Source: Candidatus Hermodarchaeota archaeon
Lineage (GTDB): Archaea > Asgardarchaeota > Lokiarchaeia > Sigyniarchaeales > SOKP01
Length of the DNA stretch: 64,000 nucleotides
Reading direction: 5' to 3'
Assembly (NCBI GenBank): GCA_048885925.1
Contig: JBHLLG010000002.1
Location: forward strand, 32,001-96,000
Shown: piece by piece, positions 10,316-20,535 of the stretch
Position numbering within the stretch: the first letter of the stretch is position 1
Layout: the number at the start of each line of letters is the position of its first letter
Position numbers and translations under genes: made by a program
Notes under the pieces: model-generated
The model's input: the letters and a program-made list of their open reading frames with translations, nothing else
What the model was told of the DNA's origin: nothing
Database searches by the model: none

Positions 10316-10978
10316 TTGAATTACTTAGAAAGAAATTACAATCTTATAAAAGAACGAATGATTCAGCAAATGGAAAATTCATTTATACTAGGAAGAAAGC
10401 TTATTGATTCAGAAGTAGATACAGGATTATTAAATTTTATTGTTAAACCATTAATTAAAACTTTTTATGACTATTGGTCTAAAAATGAAGCGAAATCTGG
10501 AACCTTAAAACAAATTCGAATTACATTAGATTGTGGAAAAGAAATATTACTTAATGGAAAAACTGACCAAAGTTTTAATAAAACAATTGATGATAATTTT
10601 CTAAAGTATCTAGCCAATGATCAAACGTATCTTCAGTGTTCAAAATCGCATAAAAATTATGAAAAATTAAAAAATGTTGCTAAAAGTACTTTTAAAAATT
10701 ATTTAAAAGAAGTAGTAAAGCTATTAGAAGTTAAAGATGAAATTGAAAATTATGGAGATTTATGTAGAGTGGCTTTTCCCTCGAAAGATATAGCGAAGCA
10801 AAATTTAATGAATCAATTAGAATATACAGATAAAGGTATTCAAATCGTTGAAGAAGATCCTTCTATTCTTAAAGTTCCCGTTGGAAGAAAGATTATCGTA
10901 AAAGCATTAAGAAAAGGGTTTGAAGAGACTAAAGCAGAATTCATTAAAGCTCTTGATGAAACATATAATCAAAAATAA
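10316..10978 (+). CDS. Hypothetical protein, tandem paralog 1
   Basis: 220-aa ORF colinear and clearly similar to the next ORF (LIDSEVDTG/LIDSELDTG, GTLKQIR, ILKVP.G.KII.K.LRKGFE). Confidence 0.85.
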   Translation: MNYLERNYNLIKERMIQQMENSFILGRKLIDSEVDTGLLNFIVKPLIKTFYDYWSKNEAKSGTLKQIRITLDCGKEILLNGKTDQSFNKTIDDNFLKYLANDQTYLQCSKSHKNYEKLKNVAKSTFKNYLKEVVKLLEVKDEIENYGDLCRVAFPSKDIAKQNLMNQLEYTDKGIQIVEEDPSILKVPVGRKIIVKALRKGFEETKAEFIKALDETYNQK

Positions 10979-11035
10979 TTAATTTCATGAATAATTTTAA
11001 CATTTATTTATACATCTAATTTTAGGGAAATTAAT

Positions 11036-11695
11036 ATGGATTTTATCGAAAGAAACTATGGAATTTTAGAAAAAAGGATGATCGAGCAAATGGAAACATC
11101 TCTTAATTACGGTAAAGAATTAATTGATTCTGAATTAGATACGGGTGCGTTAAACGTAGTAGTTAAGCCCATTGTCAAATCTTTTTATAATTATTGGTCA
11201 GATAAAGATGCCAAAGTGGGAACATTGAAACAAATTCGAGTCACTCTAGATTCCGCTAAAGAATTTTTAATGAATGGAGATGGTTTAAAAGAACGTTTGG
11301 ATAGAATTATTAATAGAAATTTCCCTATTTACCTAAAACATGACCAGACGGATAAACAATGTAAAAAAAATCACCATAATTACCATAAACTGAAGGAAGT
11401 AACAAAAAAATGCTTTATTACTCAGGTTGAAGAAACTTTATTATTTCTGAAAGTTAATGAGGATATTAAAAATTATAGTGATTTATCAAGAGCCGCATTT
11501 AAATCAAAGGAAAAAGCATACCAAGCATTAAAACGTCAATTGGATTATAATGAGGAAGGTATAGCAATTGTAGAAAAGGATGATAGCATTTTAAAAGTAC
11601 CGACTGGAAAGAAAATTATTTTAAAAGTTCTTAGAAAAGGTTTTGAGTTAACGAAACAGAAATTACTTGAAGAACTTGATCAAATTTTTAATTAA
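11036..11695 (+). CDS. Hypothetical protein, tandem paralog 2
   Basis: 219-aa ORF, paralog of 10316..10978. Confidence 0.85.
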   Translation: MDFIERNYGILEKRMIEQMETSLNYGKELIDSELDTGALNVVVKPIVKSFYNYWSDKDAKVGTLKQIRVTLDSAKEFLMNGDGLKERLDRIINRNFPIYLKHDQTDKQCKKNHHNYHKLKEVTKKCFITQVEETLLFLKVNEDIKNYSDLSRAAFKSKEKAYQALKRQLDYNEEGIAIVEKDDSILKVPTGKKIILKVLRKGFELTKQKLLEELDQIFN

Positions 11696-11743
11696 TATTT
11701 AATCTTGTTTAAAATTAAAATATAGAGCGCGTTATTATTCACA

Positions 11744-12790
11744 TTGAATGAAATTCCTAAAGATATAGAAAGAAAAAATTATTTGCGATTTATATTTTTA
11801 AATTTATTAATCATTGCTTTTATTATAATCTCTTACGTATATATTTCTGAACCTTTTGGCTCAATATCTAGTATTTTTGTAAACAATCAAGAGTTTTCAA
11901 TTCAATTTGGTACAACTCTTCTAATATTCACCTTTTTCTCTATATTAGCAGGACCAATTCATGGATTAATTACTGGATTTTTAGGAGAACTACTTTTTCA
12001 ATTAGCATTTTATGAAACTCTATATTTTGAATGGTGTTTTATTGTTGCTTTATTAGGATTTTTATTAGGAATCTACAAATACAGTCCATTAAAATATCAT
12101 GAAGGGATTAAGGTATATTATACTTTTATAATTCTAATGATTATTTCTTTAACAATTTCAGGTTTAATTATTGCAATTCAATTTTTCCTTTATGCAGACC
12201 AACAATCACTTGAAATAATTGTTATCAATTATGGGTTTAAATTTTTTCTTATAGCCCTTATTTCAATTATATTTATAATTCCTATATTATTGTTTATATA
12301 TGATAGAATTTTTGCTAAAGAGGAACAAAATTTATATTACTTATTTTTAACCCACCATCCTCTTTCTGCAATTGATCACACCTTTTTTCTTCAATTTGGT
12401 CGAACTAAAATATATTTCTGTACAAGATGCTCGGGAGTCATAATCGGAGGGTTGATAGCGTTATTTTCAACATATTTATTACAGAAAATTTATCAAGTGG
12501 AATTTGGTGCTGAAATTGCTTTACTTCTTTGTATTATCCTCCCTATCCCAGGAATAATTGACTGGGGAACTCAAAGACTTTTATTAAGAAAAAGTACCAC
12601 AGAATCTAGAATATTTACAGGATTTATTATAGGAACTGCTCTACATTTCATGTCTTACACGTATAAATATTATTTTTATACATTATTAATCCTAATAATT
12701 TATTTTTCAATATTTGGACTTTTTGTGTATTTTGGTCATAGAAAAGAAATGCAACTTTTAAGAGAAGATGTAGATAAGATTCCTATTTAA
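11744..12790 (+). CDS. Membrane protein: ECF S-component-like domain plus DUF2085-like domain
   Basis: AGPIHGLITGFLGELL resembles ECF S-components; FCTRCSGVIIG...IDWGTQ...RIFTGFIIG resembles DUF2085. Confidence 0.65.
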   Translation: MNEIPKDIERKNYLRFIFLNLLIIAFIIISYVYISEPFGSISSIFVNNQEFSIQFGTTLLIFTFFSILAGPIHGLITGFLGELLFQLAFYETLYFEWCFIVALLGFLLGIYKYSPLKYHEGIKVYYTFIILMIISLTISGLIIAIQFFLYADQQSLEIIVINYGFKFFLIALISIIFIIPILLFIYDRIFAKEEQNLYYLFLTHHPLSAIDHTFFLQFGRTKIYFCTRCSGVIIGGLIALFSTYLLQKIYQVEFGAEIALLLCIILPIPGIIDWGTQRLLLRKSTTESRIFTGFIIGTALHFMSYTYKYYFYTLLILIIYFSIFGLFVYFGHRKEMQLLREDVDKIPI

Positions 12791-12807
12791 GAATAATTGT
12801 ATAGATC

Positions 12808-13323
12808 ATGAAAAAAATACAGAATGTAATTTTTATTCACGGACTTGAAAGTTCAGGAAAAGGATTCAAAGGCAGGCTACTTCAAAAAGAAATAATTGAA
12901 TGCATTACTCCAGATTTTGAAGTATATGACCCTAATATATCAATGGAAAGATTATTAAAAATTAGAATGGAACAATTATATACAATTTTAAGAGATAAAG
13001 AACCATGGATTATTATAGGGAGTAGTTTTGGTGGCTTGATGGCAACATTATATACTCTAAAAAATCCTGATAAAGTTTCTAAATTAATTTTATTAGCACC
13101 TTATTTGTTAATTCCCGAATTAATCAATAAAACTTATTCTCCAATAAATGTTCCTGTAATTATATTTCATGGTAAGTATGATAGAGTTGTCTCGTTACGC
13201 CAATCTCGTAAGTATGCTGAAAAATTATTTACTAATCTCACATACAATATAGTGGATGACGACCACTTTCTTCATAAAATGGTTGTATCTATTGATTGGA
13301 AGCTTTTAATTGAAAGATTCTGA
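12808..13323 (+). CDS. Alpha/beta hydrolase (YqiA/YcfP-like esterase)
   Basis: FIHGLES, nucleophile elbow GSSFGG, HGKYDRVV, DDDH. Confidence 0.88.
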   Translation: MKKIQNVIFIHGLESSGKGFKGRLLQKEIIECITPDFEVYDPNISMERLLKIRMEQLYTILRDKEPWIIIGSSFGGLMATLYTLKNPDKVSKLILLAPYLLIPELINKTYSPINVPVIIFHGKYDRVVSLRQSRKYAEKLFTNLTYNIVDDDHFLHKMVVSIDWKLLIERF

Positions 13324-13437
13324 CTCAAACTGAATTTATATAATATAACATATCAAAAATTGGACTCCATTTTTTTTTTAATCAGTTAATCACATCTTTT
13401 TATTAAAAAAAATAAGAAAATAAAAAGTTGATAAATT

Positions 13438-13923
13438 TTGAATTGGGAGAATTTTTTTAATGATATTAATATGTGGTATAATATTTTTATCGACTGGTAT
13501 TTAGAGCAACCGATTTATGGCCAAGTGTTTGCTTTGATAGGAATAATTGCTCTTATAGCTTTATTGATTACACTTATCTATTTTATTATAAAAGGAATTG
13601 CTTATTTAGTATATTATATTTTTAAAGGATTATACTATCTTCTTAGATATATAGGTTATGGATTCTATAAACTGTTCGAAGGATTCTACTACTTAGTTTC
13701 AGGAAAATCAAAATCTTCAAATCAAATAGATCTCCAGGCAAATATTAATGAAAATTTTACTAGTGAATATCATTATAATTTAGAATATTGTAGTGAATGC
13801 GGGAGGAAATTTTCTGAAAAAATGAAATATAGCTTGGAAAGAAATGGGATGGTTTTTTGTGTGAATTGTGGAAAAAAATTCATCAGAAATAATAATCTAA
13901 AATCTATTACCCTTTCTCATTAA
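13438..13923 (+). CDS. Membrane protein with C-terminal zinc ribbon
   Basis: Hydrophobic N-terminal half; CSECG...CVNCG. Confidence 0.75.
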   Translation: MNWENFFNDINMWYNIFIDWYLEQPIYGQVFALIGIIALIALLITLIYFIIKGIAYLVYYIFKGLYYLLRYIGYGFYKLFEGFYYLVSGKSKSSNQIDLQANINENFTSEYHYNLEYCSECGRKFSEKMKYSLERNGMVFCVNCGKKFIRNNNLKSITLSH

Positions 13924-14002
13924 TGAAAATTTATATCTGTTTAAAGAAAAAAAATTAAAGTAAAGGAACAAAAATATATTTATAAAGGTGTAGTTAAAAA
14001 AT

Positions 14003-15592
14003 ATGGCTGTTTATATTTGTAGAACATGCAATTATGCATTTCCAGATGAACTTTCACATTTAATAGAAAATAATATTCAAGTATATTGTGAAAGGTGTGG
14101 TTCACCTTTTAATTTAGAAGGAGTTAAATTTAGACCTGCTCCAACTCCATATATAAGAGATAAAAAGCCATATCGTACTTTATCTGAAAGTAAATCATCT
14201 AATTTAGAAAAAGTTATTCGTAGTTTGGATAAAATATCCCTTATTCCAATAATTATATTTACTATTATTAGTTTTATTTGGATTTTTGAGATCTTTTTTG
14301 ATCCAAGCAATTGGTTTGATATTCTTTTTAGATATGGACTTCAAGGATTTATTGGATTTTTCATCATAATATATGATAGTTCTTATATTTCATCTAAAAT
14401 AAAAGAAAAAAATTATAACGTCATATTTCTTGATGCCTTCTGTTGGGGAATTTTAGGTTGTGTCCTGTACGGTACTGGCGTAATTCTTCTTATTAAAGGA
14501 ATATTTATAATTCTCTATGTAATAACTGATAAAAAGAATAATTCCTTAAAGATTTATGACTTTGGATTACTAATTAAGAATTCTCTAAATTATTTTTCAG
14601 CTAAAGCTGGCTTTTTAATTATATTATTCGGAATTTATGGGATTTATTTAGGAGATAATTATTTATTAGGATATGATACTTTAACAACTTTAAGAATATT
14701 CGATTTCTCTTTTGACATATCTGATTACTTTTTAACTTTAGCTATTTTGTTTATAATATCATTCATAGCTCTTATAATAGATTTTAAATCAAGAGGCAAA
14801 CTTAAAGAGAAAAATGAATTTAAAGTAGGAAACGCAGTTCCAATAATTATTAGAGGAATTTTAGGAGTTATATTTTTCGCTGCCGGAATTTTTATATTAT
14901 TAAAAGGAATTGTTGTTATTTTCTTATCTTTTGGAAAACCTTCTGAAATAATAAGCACCACTCCTGTAGAGGAAAAACCAGTATATTATATTCCATCTCC
15001 TCCAAGCCCTCCAAAACCTCCAGCGCCACCTATAGTTCCATATAGAGAAGTAGTGCCGTCCCAGGAAATTACTTTGAAAGATGAACAACAAAAAATTAAA
15101 GAAGTTGAACAACCAATTAGAAAAGAGCCAGAAAAGATTGAAACTCTTATAGCTAAAGAACTTGAAGAAATTCCTATTAAAGTAGATAAAGAAGAAAAAG
15201 CAAAAAGGGAAGAAGAATTTGAATTAAAATTGCATGATTCTCTTTTACCTGTTAAAGATGAAAAAGATAAGAAATTAGTTAAAGAATATTTCTCAAAAAT
15301 ATTTGCTGTACTTTCAAAGGAATTAAGGAATCAAATAAATGATTTAAAAATTTCTAAAAAAGAGAAGAAGGAATTATTAGAAGAGCTAGCCTTCTTAACA
15401 AAAGAGGAGCAAGTAAAATATATTGCTGCTTTAGTTGATTTATACAAAGAAATACCCAAAAAATTAATTAACAGGATTCGTAAGCTTCCTAATGTTAAAC
15501 CTAAACATTATGATAAGATTGTAGAACAACTGAAATATATGGATTATGAGGAACAAATAAAGTTCATTCAATTTTTAGAGGAAAACGCCTAA
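14003..15592 (+). CDS. Multi-pass membrane protein with N-terminal zinc ribbon, proline-rich linker and helical C-terminal domain
   Basis: CRTC...CERCG; multiple TM segments; PSPPSPPKPPAPP; charged C-terminus. Confidence 0.75.
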   Translation: MAVYICRTCNYAFPDELSHLIENNIQVYCERCGSPFNLEGVKFRPAPTPYIRDKKPYRTLSESKSSNLEKVIRSLDKISLIPIIIFTIISFIWIFEIFFDPSNWFDILFRYGLQGFIGFFIIIYDSSYISSKIKEKNYNVIFLDAFCWGILGCVLYGTGVILLIKGIFIILYVITDKKNNSLKIYDFGLLIKNSLNYFSAKAGFLIILFGIYGIYLGDNYLLGYDTLTTLRIFDFSFDISDYFLTLAILFIISFIALIIDFKSRGKLKEKNEFKVGNAVPIIIRGILGVIFFAAGIFILLKGIVVIFLSFGKPSEIISTTPVEEKPVYYIPSPPSPPKPPAPPIVPYREVVPSQEITLKDEQQKIKEVEQPIRKEPEKIETLIAKELEEIPIKVDKEEKAKREEEFELKLHDSLLPVKDEKDKKLVKEYFSKIFAVLSKELRNQINDLKISKKEKKELLEELAFLTKEEQVKYIAALVDLYKEIPKKLINRIRKLPNVKPKHYDKIVEQLKYMDYEEQIKFIQFLEENA

Positions 15593-15594
15593 AA

Positions 15595-16488
15595 ATGTCT
15601 TTAGAAAAAAAAAGAGAACCTAGAGGAACTAAAGAGAAAGAAGAGCTCCAAGAGAGTTCATTTAGGCGACTTGATTTTAAACCATTACAAGAAGTAGTCG
15701 AACTAGAAGAGAAAAAATTAGATAAAGAGGAAATAGTTGAAGAATTAACTGAAATAGAAAAGGATGTATTAGAAATTGCTAAAGATATCTTAAAATTAAA
15801 GCGTTATGGTACTGAGTTTGAAATTGAATCGGAAAGTCAAATCCAAAAATATCCAATAATTGAGAAGTTATATGCTAAATGTATTGCTAAACTTTCTTAT
15901 AAGAAAGGATATAGTAAAGAAGAAATTTTTCTAGGCATAAGAAGTTTAGAGGCGAAAAATTGGATCGTAACAAATGAGAGACGTACTAAATTAGAGATCC
16001 TTAGTAATGAAAAATTGGTAAAAATACTTGATTTCATTAAAAATAACCCGGGAATCCATGCTAGAGATGATAAAATCGAGGAAGAATTAGAAATAACCAG
16101 AACTCCTTTTTTAAAACACGTAATGACACTTGAAAGATTTAATCTGATAAGATCTAAAAAAATAGGAAAAACTCTTCATTATTTTTTAAGTGATATGCCA
16201 GATGATTATGATAAATTTAAAGTTATTTTTCTAAATCCTTTAATTCCCAAAATTTTAGAAGAATTATTTAAAGATGAAGAAATTTCAGTTTCTCAGATTG
16301 GAGAAAATTTAGATATGTATTCTGGTACAATTTTATACCATATTAAAAAATTAAAAGAACTTAATCTTATAAGAACTACAAGAAATAAATCTAACAACAA
16401 AATATTTTTGGTAAATTTTGAGCTTCTCAAAAAATATAATACCTTTTTTGATGAACCCGATTTTAGTCAGCTGCTAAAAGGATTTTAA
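15595..16488 (+). CDS. Winged helix-turn-helix transcriptional regulator (tandem wHTH)
   Basis: ILDFIKNNPGIH...HVMTLERFNLIRSKKIG and SVSQIGENLDMYSGTILYHIKKLKELNLI. Confidence 0.8.
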   Translation: MSLEKKREPRGTKEKEELQESSFRRLDFKPLQEVVELEEKKLDKEEIVEELTEIEKDVLEIAKDILKLKRYGTEFEIESESQIQKYPIIEKLYAKCIAKLSYKKGYSKEEIFLGIRSLEAKNWIVTNERRTKLEILSNEKLVKILDFIKNNPGIHARDDKIEEELEITRTPFLKHVMTLERFNLIRSKKIGKTLHYFLSDMPDDYDKFKVIFLNPLIPKILEELFKDEEISVSQIGENLDMYSGTILYHIKKLKELNLIRTTRNKSNNKIFLVNFELLKKYNTFFDEPDFSQLLKGF

Positions 16489-16503
16489 TTAAAGAATTTT
16501 AGA

Positions 16504-17388
16504 TTATAATAATTCGTTTTTAATTTTTGGTAAATTATTTATCACAAGTTTAATTGCATTATTAATACCAGTTTCCATATCTGGATGGATTTCATTTGAA
16601 TTAAGTAAATCGTATTTTGGATGACCTGGTAAATCTGAAACTGAAAGAATTGATATTGTTTTTAAATTATAGATTTTACCCAGTAAAAACAATATAGAGG
16701 ATTCCATATCAATAGATTGAACATTAATTGAACTTAATGCTCTAATAAAATCTAAACTCTCACAGAATAAAGCATCAGTAGTCCATAAGTTGGTTTCTTT
16801 AACTCTATTTTTAACAGATATTGAATCATTTCCTATAAAGAGTCGTTTTAACATTTCATGTGGTCTAGAGATGAAGACAGTCTGATTACCAGTAAAAATG
16901 TTTTGAAATCTTGCTATAGGATTTAAAATTGACTCTAATTCATTTACTAGAGAAGGATTTTCCCTTATATAATTAGGACTTGTACCATCATCACAATAAG
17001 CTAGTTTTGGGACTAAAATGTCACCAATATTTATTGGAAAATTCTCACTTTCTATTCCTCCGCACACATCGATTCTAATGATTATTTTTGTTTTACATCG
17101 TTTTAATGCTTCTATCGCCATTGCACAATTCGGAGCACCAATTAAGGAACGGACAATACTCACTCGGGTATTGCTTAATTCCCCATTGTATACTCTTCCA
17201 AAATTACGTTTATTTTGTAATTTCTGCAATAATTTTTTCATAACAATTTTAATGGCAGGGAGGATTACTATTTCATTTACATTTGAGGGACTCGTTTCAA
17301 GAAGCATCCGTACAATTTTTTCATCAATACTAATAAATTTCAATCCTATATTTAACAACTCACTTTTTATTCTATTCAACATTTTCAA
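16504..17388 (-). CDS. Nucleoside phosphorylase family protein (PNP/UDP), divergent
   Basis: IGAPNCAMAIEAL, IIRIDVCGGI, DDGTS, WTTDALF, IDMESS, ILSVSD. Confidence 0.8.
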   Translation of the reverse strand: MKMLNRIKSELLNIGLKFISIDEKIVRMLLETSPSNVNEIVILPAIKIVMKKLLQKLQNKRNFGRVYNGELSNTRVSIVRSLIGAPNCAMAIEALKRCKTKIIIRIDVCGGIESENFPINIGDILVPKLAYCDDGTSPNYIRENPSLVNELESILNPIARFQNIFTGNQTVFISRPHEMLKRLFIGNDSISVKNRVKETNLWTTDALFCESLDFIRALSSINVQSIDMESSILFLLGKIYNLKTISILSVSDLPGHPKYDLLNSNEIHPDMETGINNAIKLVINNLPKIKNELL

Positions 17389-17560
17389 TCTTACTCTTGA
17401 TTTATTCTAATTAACCAAAATTGAATTTTTAGTTATAATCTAAAAGTTCTACACTAATTATTTATCTACTTATAATTTTTAAGAAAATAATTTAATATCT
17501 TATTAAAATACATTTATTTATATAAACTAGTGTGAATTTTGCGTTTAAAGTGGTTCTTTA

Positions 17561-18853
17561 ATGAATAATAGATTTATAGTAGATAGCAAAATTACAAACG
17601 ATTTTGTTGAGGCCTACACAAAAACAACCTATAGAATAGTTGGAGAAAATAAGCATTCATCCACCAAACCATGTCATTGGCTTGAACAACGATTAATGAC
17701 TGGAAGAAATAATCGTAATTGTTATAAAGATATTTTTGGTATCCAAAGTCATAGATGTTTACAAAATACTCCTTCATTACCCTTTTGTAATCATCAGTGT
17801 ACTTTTTGTTGGAGGGATATAGAATCAGGATCCCTTGGGAGTGAATTTATTGTTGAACCAGATGATCCGAAGTTACTTGTTGATGAAATGTTAAGACACC
17901 ATAAAGATATTATTGAAAACCATTTGCCATTGAGACGTTATCTTGATAATTATGAAATAATGATTGATATTCTGTATTATATGCTTTTAAATAGTCGTCA
18001 AAACTTTAATATAAATTCATTAGCTAACAAAATTCACGTTTCAAAAAATAAAATTGAACGGGCAATCATACTTCTAAAAAATCAAGAATTTATTAAGTTA
18101 ATCAATCAATCATCTAATGAATTTGGATTGGATGATGATATCAAATGTTGCATTGGTTCTAAGGAGGAATTAGAAGTATTAATCAAAAGATCATTAACTA
18201 CACCTGATGAGATAATGCAGGCTCATAGTGAAGCAATGATCCCAAATCATGCAGCAATTTCACTCGATGGCGAACCCCTTTTATACCCAAGAATTTCTGA
18301 ATTTGTACAAGAATTTAAGAATCGTCAAATGACAACATTCATAGTCACTAATGGTACATTACCAGAAAAAATAGAAAGCTTAGATCCTAGCCCTTCGCAG
18401 TTGTATATAACTCTAGCTGCTCCGAATGAAGAAATATATAAAAAAATTTGTCGTCCGATGATTAAAAATGGTTGGGATAAAATCATGAATAGTTTAGATT
18501 TAATTAATTCTTTATCTTTTAGAACAGTTGTACGATTGACTGCTGTAAAGAATCTTACGATAAATGAACATTTTATTAATGATTACGCTAAAATAATAGA
18601 AAAAGCAAATCCTAACTTTTTTGAAATTAAAGGATTTACATTGCAAGCAAAAGCACTGTTAATAAAGGAAAGATTGAAGAGTGAGAAACAGATTCAATAT
18701 TATTTCCCTGAATATGATTATTTGGAAGATTTAGTACTGAAATTTGAAGAAAAGAGTGGTTTTCCACTTATCTATAAAAATAAAGCTAGTAGAGATTTTT
18801 TATTTGCTGTTAATTGGGATAGAAGCAAAAATCCTAAAATAAGCCATCCTTAA
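17561..18853 (+). CDS. taw1: 4-demethylwyosine synthase Taw1/TYW1 (radical SAM) with an internal insertion
   Basis: HSSTKPCHW, CYKDIFGIQSHRCLQNTP, CNHQCTFCWR (CxxxCxxC), HAAISLDGEPLLYP, TFIVTNGT, PSQLYITL. Confidence 0.92.
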   Translation: MNNRFIVDSKITNDFVEAYTKTTYRIVGENKHSSTKPCHWLEQRLMTGRNNRNCYKDIFGIQSHRCLQNTPSLPFCNHQCTFCWRDIESGSLGSEFIVEPDDPKLLVDEMLRHHKDIIENHLPLRRYLDNYEIMIDILYYMLLNSRQNFNINSLANKIHVSKNKIERAIILLKNQEFIKLINQSSNEFGLDDDIKCCIGSKEELEVLIKRSLTTPDEIMQAHSEAMIPNHAAISLDGEPLLYPRISEFVQEFKNRQMTTFIVTNGTLPEKIESLDPSPSQLYITLAAPNEEIYKKICRPMIKNGWDKIMNSLDLINSLSFRTVVRLTAVKNLTINEHFINDYAKIIEKANPNFFEIKGFTLQAKALLIKERLKSEKQIQYYFPEYDYLEDLVLKFEEKSGFPLIYKNKASRDFLFAVNWDRSKNPKISHP

Positions 18854-18859
18854 AAATTA

Positions 18860-19495
18860 TTAAATTTTCTCTAAATAATATTTTCGTATAATTCGATTTA
18901 ACTGTGTTAAATTTATTTTTTTTAATGCTGAAAATTCTAAATATGGTAAATTCAACTTATCTTGAAACTTAAAATCATTTAAATGAATTAAGTTCAAACC
19001 AAATTCTTTTGCTGATTCAACAAATAAAGAGATTATTTTTTTTTTATCAAAATTGGATACTTTATCGATTTTATTAAATAAAATAAGAAGAGGAATACTA
19101 AATTCATTTAGAAATTGAATCAATTCAAAACTTAAAGGCATTTTTTTCTTATTTTGAAGGAAATGTTTCTTTAGCTCATCTTCAATTCGAAGAATATTTA
19201 TAACTACTAGTCCAAAAAAATACTCGTCATGGTGCTTTTCAATATGAATAACTATTTGATTCTTAATGTGTTCTTCTCTTCGATGGCTTGTTTTCTTCAT
19301 AAAACCAAATCCAGGTAAATCTACTATTTGATATGATAAATTAGGCTGCGAAATAGGTTTTATCAATAAAGTACTACCCGGAATTTTGCCAGTTTTACCT
19401 TTAAATTTTCTAGGATTTGGTAAAAGTAAACGAGTTATTGAAGATTTCCCCACATTTGAATTTCCTATTATTAGCAAGGAAGGTTTTTTTTTCAT
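18860..19495 (-). CDS. engB: EngB/YihA-like GTP-binding protein
   Basis: GNSNVGKSS, PGST, DLPGFGF, NKID, FSALKKIN. Confidence 0.82.
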   Translation of the reverse strand: MKKKPSLLIIGNSNVGKSSITRLLLPNPRKFKGKTGKIPGSTLLIKPISQPNLSYQIVDLPGFGFMKKTSHRREEHIKNQIVIHIEKHHDEYFFGLVVINILRIEDELKKHFLQNKKKMPLSFELIQFLNEFSIPLLILFNKIDKVSNFDKKKIISLFVESAKEFGLNLIHLNDFKFQDKLNLPYLEFSALKKINLTQLNRIIRKYYLEKI

Positions 19496-19520
19496 TTTTT
19501 AGATCTAATATATAAAAAAT

Positions 19521-20411
19521 TTAGATATCAAGAAAATTTTCATCAAGAAAATCTCTAAACATTTTTTTTTGCTCTTTTTCTTCAATTATTGGTCTTGTGC
19601 TAATCGGCTCTCCCGCTTCTTGAAGGATATCTTTTAAAATATCAATTTTAACATTAATTTTAAACACACCGTCTCTTAGAAATCTTACAATTTGCTTATT
19701 ATTTACATTTAATCTTAGAAGATAACCAAGACCAAAATAAAATTGATGTTCAGGGATAGGATCAATTGGTGATTTACTTGTTACTTCTTTTAAGATATCA
19801 TATAATAATGCTTTTGATGCTGTGTGATCTTCAACATTAAAAACCAAATAATATAGTGCATGATACCAGATCTTTTCGCGTTTGTTTTTAACATAATCTA
19901 AAAACAATTCTGGAGTAACTATTTCCTCTTCTTCTTCCTCTTTTCTTTTTAGGAGTTCTTCTTTAATTCGTTGCTCAAGTTCACTTGAAACTTCCGGAAT
20001 TGATAGAATTTTACCTTCTTGTTCACCTGATATTTCAAAATCCTCATGTTTTACTGTTTCGATAGCTTCTTTCATATCTCTTAATTCATCAAAGTCAATT
20101 TCGTCAAGATCTGAAAAATCTGAAATCAGTTCCTCTTTAATTTCTTTTTGTTTTTCGAGTTCGTTAAAAGCTTTTTTTTGTGGCAAAATTTCATTCTTCA
20201 ATAGTTTATCTTCAGGTAATACTACACCTTCCTTGACCTTTTCAATGGCTTCTTGAATTTCTTGAAGTTCCTCGAAATCTAAATCTTCTAAATCAGAAAA
20301 ATCAGTTTCAAGTGCTTTCATTTCGCTAAGATAGACTTGCAAATCATCTCCTTCTACTTCTTCCTCAAAATCATCCCTTTTATCATCATTTTCTTCTTCG
20401 TTTTCATTCAT
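19521..20411 (-). CDS. Acidic hypothetical protein with an internal repeat and a globular C-terminal domain
   Basis: 296-aa ORF; D/E-rich N-terminus with two DFSDL.. repeats. Confidence 0.75.
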   Translation of the reverse strand: MNENEEENDDKRDDFEEEVEGDDLQVYLSEMKALETDFSDLEDLDFEELQEIQEAIEKVKEGVVLPEDKLLKNEILPQKKAFNELEKQKEIKEELISDFSDLDEIDFDELRDMKEAIETVKHEDFEISGEQEGKILSIPEVSSELEQRIKEELLKRKEEEEEEIVTPELFLDYVKNKREKIWYHALYYLVFNVEDHTASKALLYDILKEVTSKSPIDPIPEHQFYFGLGYLLRLNVNNKQIVRFLRDGVFKINVKIDILKDILQEAGEPISTRPIIEEKEQKKMFRDFLDENFLDI

Positions 20412-20535
20412 AATATCTTCTATTTTATTAACAAGCGTTTTATTCGATTCTGTTTATATTATAATTAGTTCTCTACTTCTTTAAATATTGATATTCGTAT
20501 AATTAAAATTATTCTAAATATTATTAGACTTTAAT

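Noticed and set aside
17927-18220. Taw1 insertion as an intein or intron
   Set aside because: No C/S...HN intein termini, no stop codon and no BHB motif seen at the borders.
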